From NCBI GenBank assembly GCA_045591485.1, contig JAZNSV010000044.1:1-55540 (forward strand): a stretch of DNA of 55,540 nt, read 5' to 3'. The DNA comes from Bacteroidales bacterium (GTDB taxonomy: Bacteria; Bacteroidota; Bacteroidia; Bacteroidales; P3). Below the pieces are notes generated by a model. That model saw nothing but the letters and a program-made list of their open reading frames with translations, was not told where the DNA came from and did not search any database. Below, in pieces: positions 52,014 through 55,540 of this stretch (the first letter of the stretch is position 1; the number at the start of each line of letters is the position of its first letter). The position numbers were made by a program, and so were the translations under genes.

Positions 52014-53990
52014 ATGTCGGCGGTCTCAAAGCTCGCAGCCGTCCTTTTCGCGGGGGCTTTCCTTTTGCATCCGGTTTCTGCGCAAGATACAGTGCGGCAG
52101 CGCATGTCGCTCGACGAAGTTGAGGTCAGCGCCCAGCAGGCACCCCCAACGTTGCGCACTGCTGCACCGACCCAAGTGGTCGATGCCAAAAAGATAGAAG
52201 AACAGGGAATCATGCAGTTGAGCGACGCCGTGCGTCAGATGGCTGGTGTGACCTTGAAGGACTATGGCGGTGTGGGAGGCATGAAAACCGTTTCGGCCCG
52301 TGGCTTGGGCAGTCAGTTCTCGACGGTGACCATCGACGGTGTGGCCGTAGACAATGCACAGAACGGGCAAGTCGACCTTGGCCGCTATTTGTTGGGCAAC
52401 ACTGCATTCGTAAGCTTCAGTCAAGGGCAGCAGCAACAGAGCCTGCTGTCGGCCCGCGCCTATGCGGCAGGCAACGTGCTCAACCTCGAAACGGCAGAGC
52501 CTGTCTTCTTCCTGGCCGAGCGCACCAATCTGAAACTTGGCATGGAATTGGGCTCTTTCGGAATGATGAGTCCCTCGGCCTTGTGGGAGCAAAAGTGGAG
52601 CCGCAAGCTGCGAACCAGCCTGTGGGTTAACTATCTGAAAAGCAATGGCGACTACCCCTTCACGCTTTATTATACCACCAGCCACACCGACAGCAGCAGC
52701 CGCGAGGTGCGTCGCCATTCGGCCATGCATCAGCTGACAGCCGACGGCAACATCTTCTACACAATAGACAGCGGAAACACTCTGATGGCCAAGGTGCACT
52801 ACACTGGCGGTATGCACCAGTTGCCGGGCCATGTGCGCTTCTACAGGCAGGAAGAATCGGGCCAAAGCACCCACGAGCGCCTTGCCTTTGGCCAGCTGCG
52901 GTGGCGGCTCGAACGGCGCAGGTGGCGCACCCAGGTGCTGGGCAAGGTGCAGATGAGCTATGACCAATACGAGGACAGTGCAGCCAACACATCTACGGGC
53001 TACCTGATGAACGAATACCGCCAGCGTGACGGCTACCTGAGCGTCAGCTCCGAGTTCGATTTGTCGAGCTGGTTGACAATCGATGTCGCCGCCGATGGTA
53101 ATATGAGCCGTCTTATGAGCAACCTGGGTCAGCGCAACGACGTGCGGCGCCGGTCGCTGATGGGCGTGGTGGCTGCAAGGCTGCACAAAGGCCCCCTGGA
53201 AGCGAGAGTCAACCTTTTGGCCACCAGCGCTGTGGATATGGTGGCAGACCTTGATACCATGCCCCGCTTTGGTCGCATGTCGCCCTATGCGGCGGTGATG
53301 TATACCCCGCTGACGGGCCTGACCCTGCGCTATTTCTACAAAGAAACTTTTCGCGTCCCTTCCTTCAGCGAACTCTACTTCTTCCAGTCGTTGCCGCGCA
53401 ACTTGCGTCCCGAACGGGCTCGGCAGCACAATGTCGGCGTCACCTATGCGTGCCAATGGTTCAGTGGCACTGTCGATGCCTACTTCAACCGTGTGTCCGA
53501 CAAGATTGTGGCGCGTCCCGGACAGAACATGTTCTACTGGAGCATGGAGAACCTTGGCCTGGTGCACATTCTCGGTGTCGACGCCACGGCCGACTTCAGC
53601 GTCTCGCAGTTCACGTTCCATCTGAATTACAGTTTCGCCAAGGCGGTCGATCTGAGCAATCCCGAGTCCAACTACTATGGTCACCAGATCCGCTACACAC
53701 CGCGCAATTCCGGCGGCGCCAGTGTGCGTTGGGAAAACCGCTGGGTGAATCTCGGAGCCAGTGCCATGCTGGTTGGCAGGCGCTATGCCTTCCCGCAAAA
53801 CACTGCGGCCAACCGATTGCCGGCCTATGCCGACCTCGGCCTAAGCGCCGACCGCCGCTTCGATCTCCGATGGGGAACGATGCGTATGCAGGTGCAGGTG
53901 CTCAACCTGCTCGACGCACAATACGAGGTGGTGCAGTTCTATCCTATGATGGGCCGCAACTACCGTCTTTCTGTGATATACGAATTTTAA
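52014..53990 (+). CDS. btuB: TonB-dependent receptor, BtuB-type by riboswitch context
   Basis: It has the signal peptide MSAVSKLAAVLFAGAFLLHPVSAQ, a plug domain (TVSARGLGSQFSTVTIDGV) and a C-terminal beta-barrel ending in F. Confidence 0.85.
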   Translation: MSAVSKLAAVLFAGAFLLHPVSAQDTVRQRMSLDEVEVSAQQAPPTLRTAAPTQVVDAKKIEEQGIMQLSDAVRQMAGVTLKDYGGVGGMKTVSARGLGSQFSTVTIDGVAVDNAQNGQVDLGRYLLGNTAFVSFSQGQQQQSLLSARAYAAGNVLNLETAEPVFFLAERTNLKLGMELGSFGMMSPSALWEQKWSRKLRTSLWVNYLKSNGDYPFTLYYTTSHTDSSSREVRRHSAMHQLTADGNIFYTIDSGNTLMAKVHYTGGMHQLPGHVRFYRQEESGQSTHERLAFGQLRWRLERRRWRTQVLGKVQMSYDQYEDSAANTSTGYLMNEYRQRDGYLSVSSEFDLSSWLTIDVAADGNMSRLMSNLGQRNDVRRRSLMGVVAARLHKGPLEARVNLLATSAVDMVADLDTMPRFGRMSPYAAVMYTPLTGLTLRYFYKETFRVPSFSELYFFQSLPRNLRPERARQHNVGVTYACQWFSGTVDAYFNRVSDKIVARPGQNMFYWSMENLGLVHILGVDATADFSVSQFTFHLNYSFAKAVDLSNPESNYYGHQIRYTPRNSGGASVRWENRWVNLGASAMLVGRRYAFPQNTAANRLPAYADLGLSADRRFDLRWGTMRMQVQVLNLLDAQYEVVQFYPMMGRNYRLSVIYEF

Positions 53991-54002
53991 ACGATAAAGA
54001 TT

Positions 54003-55085
54003 ATGAAACACCTATTCAGATTGTTGAGTTTGGCTATTGTAGCCATGACCATGGTGGCTTGCACCGAAGAGACAGAACCCGAACAGCAGCAACCCATCAC
54101 CCCCGATCCCACCGGCGAGCGCCTCGGATGCGCTCTTGTGCTTAACGAAGGCACGTGGGGCGGAAACAACGCTTCGTTGACCATGCTCGACCTCGACAAG
54201 GGGACGGTGACCAACGACTGGTTCGCCTCTGTCAACGGTCGCGGCCTGGGCGATGTGGGACAGGATGCCATTGTCTATGGCTCCAAGGCCTATGTCAGCG
54301 TTTGGGGCTCTGGCAGCATCGAGGTGATCGACACCGCCACCGGGGCCAGCACCCGCATCGACATGGGGTCGCGCCAGCCTCGCTATATTGCTGCCGACGG
54401 CGGCAAGCTCTACGTCAGCTGCTACACTCCGCACAGCGTGGTCCGCATCGACACCGCCACCCGCCAGATCGAAGCCTCTTGCTCGTTGGGCGACTTCAAC
54501 CCCGAAGGCGTGGCCGTCGAGGGCGGCAAGCTCTTTGTGGCCAGCTCCAACGTCAGCGACGAGCAGATGAACTACACCTACGACAACAAACTGTACGTCG
54601 TCGACCTCGGCAGCTTTGCCGACCCCGCAACCATCGAAGTCGGCTGCAATCCGCAGAAAGTCATGCCGCTCGGAAACGGCAAGGTGCTCGTCAACTACTG
54701 GGGCGACTACGGCGCCAACCCCGCCGGCAGCGCCGTGGTCGATGCCGCAAGCCTCAGCGTGGTGCAGACCAACCAGCCGATGAGCAACATGACCGTTGCT
54801 GGCGGCAAGGTCTACGGCTACAGCAACGACTACGACGAGAACTGGAACAGCGTGACCAACTTCTTCGTCATGGATGCCAACACACTCTCCGTCTCACCGA
54901 TGCAGTTTGCCGGTGTCAGCGGCCCCTATGCCGTGGCAGTGCATCCTGTAAGCGGCAACATTTTCATTGCCACCGACGGCAACTACACCTCCAACGGCAC
55001 CCTCTACTGCTTCAGTGCCGACGGAAGCCAGCGCCTCTGGAACCGCGAGGTGGGCATGCTCCCCTCAAAGGTTGTCTTCTTCTAA
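54003..55085 (+). CDS. surface lipoprotein with YVTN/YncE-like beta-propeller repeats, B12-locus accessory
   Basis: Lipobox AMTMVAC. The repeated motifs are of the GKLYVS...VVRIDTAT / GKLFVAS / GKVLVNY type. Confidence 0.65.
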   Translation: MKHLFRLLSLAIVAMTMVACTEETEPEQQQPITPDPTGERLGCALVLNEGTWGGNNASLTMLDLDKGTVTNDWFASVNGRGLGDVGQDAIVYGSKAYVSVWGSGSIEVIDTATGASTRIDMGSRQPRYIAADGGKLYVSCYTPHSVVRIDTATRQIEASCSLGDFNPEGVAVEGGKLFVASSNVSDEQMNYTYDNKLYVVDLGSFADPATIEVGCNPQKVMPLGNGKVLVNYWGDYGANPAGSAVVDAASLSVVQTNQPMSNMTVAGGKVYGYSNDYDENWNSVTNFFVMDANTLSVSPMQFAGVSGPYAVAVHPVSGNIFIATDGNYTSNGTLYCFSADGSQRLWNREVGMLPSKVVFF

Positions 55086-55105
55086 AGTAATTCCGCACCG
55101 ATAGA

Positions 55106-55138
55106 TAAGGCGGGCCGCGCTTTGCGCGGCCCGCCTTA
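55106..55138 (+). terminator. Rho-independent terminator (TAAGGCGGGCCGCGC-ttt-GCGCGGCCCGCCTTA)
   Basis: Perfect 15-bp GC-rich stem followed by a T-containing tail. Confidence 0.65.
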
Positions 55139-55190
55139 TATTGTTGTCTATATTGTGATTGGCGCTGCCCACTGGCCCACAAATATATAA

Positions 55191-55220
55191 ATGCAGACGC
55201 GGCACGCCGCGTCTCTACAG
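55191..55220. repeat. P2 palindromic element, intergenic copy
   Basis: atgcagacgcggcacgccgcgtctctacag, the same as 24084-24113 with one substitution. Confidence 0.85.
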
Positions 55221-55245
55221 GCGCTAAACACTGCCCACAAATCAG

Positions 55246-55540
55246 CCGCGTCGTCGGCGATACCCCGTCTCATCTTTGTGCCGCCCCCAAGGGGGCTCTG
55301 TACCGGTGCGTCCGACCTTACCGTGGGCTCGCCCCACGGCTACATCAGTACCGCCCCCAAGGGGGCTGCATCGACCCCCGTTAGCGGCGCCACATCATTA
55401 GCCGTGGGCGCCAGCCCACGGATGCGCGATACACCCTGCATATCCGGGCCGCGTCGGCGGCGGCACCCAACCGCATCTTTGTGCCGACCCCAGGGGGGCT
55501 GCATCGAGCCGCGTTAGCGGCGACACTCACATTAGCCGTG
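55246..55540. repeat. GC-rich hairpin-repeat cluster (about 203-bp period with internal sub-repeats), runs off the window
   Basis: 55246-55297 resembles 55448-55500, and 55351-55408 resembles 55484-55540. The hairpins are GCCCCCaaGGGGGC and CCGTGGGC...GCCCACGG. Confidence 0.7.

Noticed and set aside
55246-55540. A possible CRISPR array in the GC-rich repeat cluster.
   Set aside because: The repeats are degenerate, of unequal length and nested, and each forms a strong hairpin. There is no regular repeat-spacer periodicity of 28-40 nt, and no cas genes are in the window.

Overview
The window looks like a chromosomal segment of a Bacteroidota (Bacteroidales-type) genome. This is inferred from TAnnTTTG -7 promoter boxes in front of most operons, T9SS C-terminal sorting domains, gldF/gldG, lipoprotein signal peptides, and a B12 riboswitch followed by a TonB-dependent receptor. 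Core genes are GC-rich by eye, so the ORF track is full of long antisense ORFs that I treat as artefacts.

Content from left to right:
- 465-5281: a four-gene HydABC-type [FeFe]-hydrogenase operon.
- 5356-16253: a minus-strand accessory or defence island of mixed composition. It holds an HTH-Fic gene, a GIY-YIG-like/SF2 helicase, an embedded ParE-like TA pair, a gamma-class N6A methyltransferase that is a compositional chimera, a methyltransferase-like ORF without NPPY, an AT-rich Gabija-like OLD nuclease plus UvrD-like helicase pair, and a DUF1016 nuclease.
- 16.4-27.6 kb: housekeeping and envelope genes (dus, a deaminase, mnmA, rsmE, DUF4159, T9SS cargo, EEP).
- 28-30.6 kb: a second small accessory patch with an LRR T9SS protein and a Panacea/DUF4065 three-gene module.
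- 30781-32913: an EF-G paralog with degenerate GTPase motifs.
- 33094-39003: a roughly 1730-aa surface protein split by a frameshift, followed by a chimeric paralog.
- 39.8-51.6 kb: M28 peptidase, a gldF-gldG read-through fusion, DUF4340, surE, lpxB, spoIID-like, a thioredoxin-like gene, ftsY and rimO.
- 51.7-55.1 kb: a cobalamin riboswitch, btuB and a beta-propeller lipoprotein.

The least ordinary signal is non-genic. One part is a family of 112-119-bp near-perfect palindromes built from phased 11-bp units. The other is several families of short hairpin or simple-repeat elements, found in intergenic regions and also inserted in frame in conserved genes (mnmA, dus, rsmE, the helicase, a lipoprotein, the gldF-gldG junction). 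I saw no rRNA, tRNA, CRISPR array, transposase or integrase.
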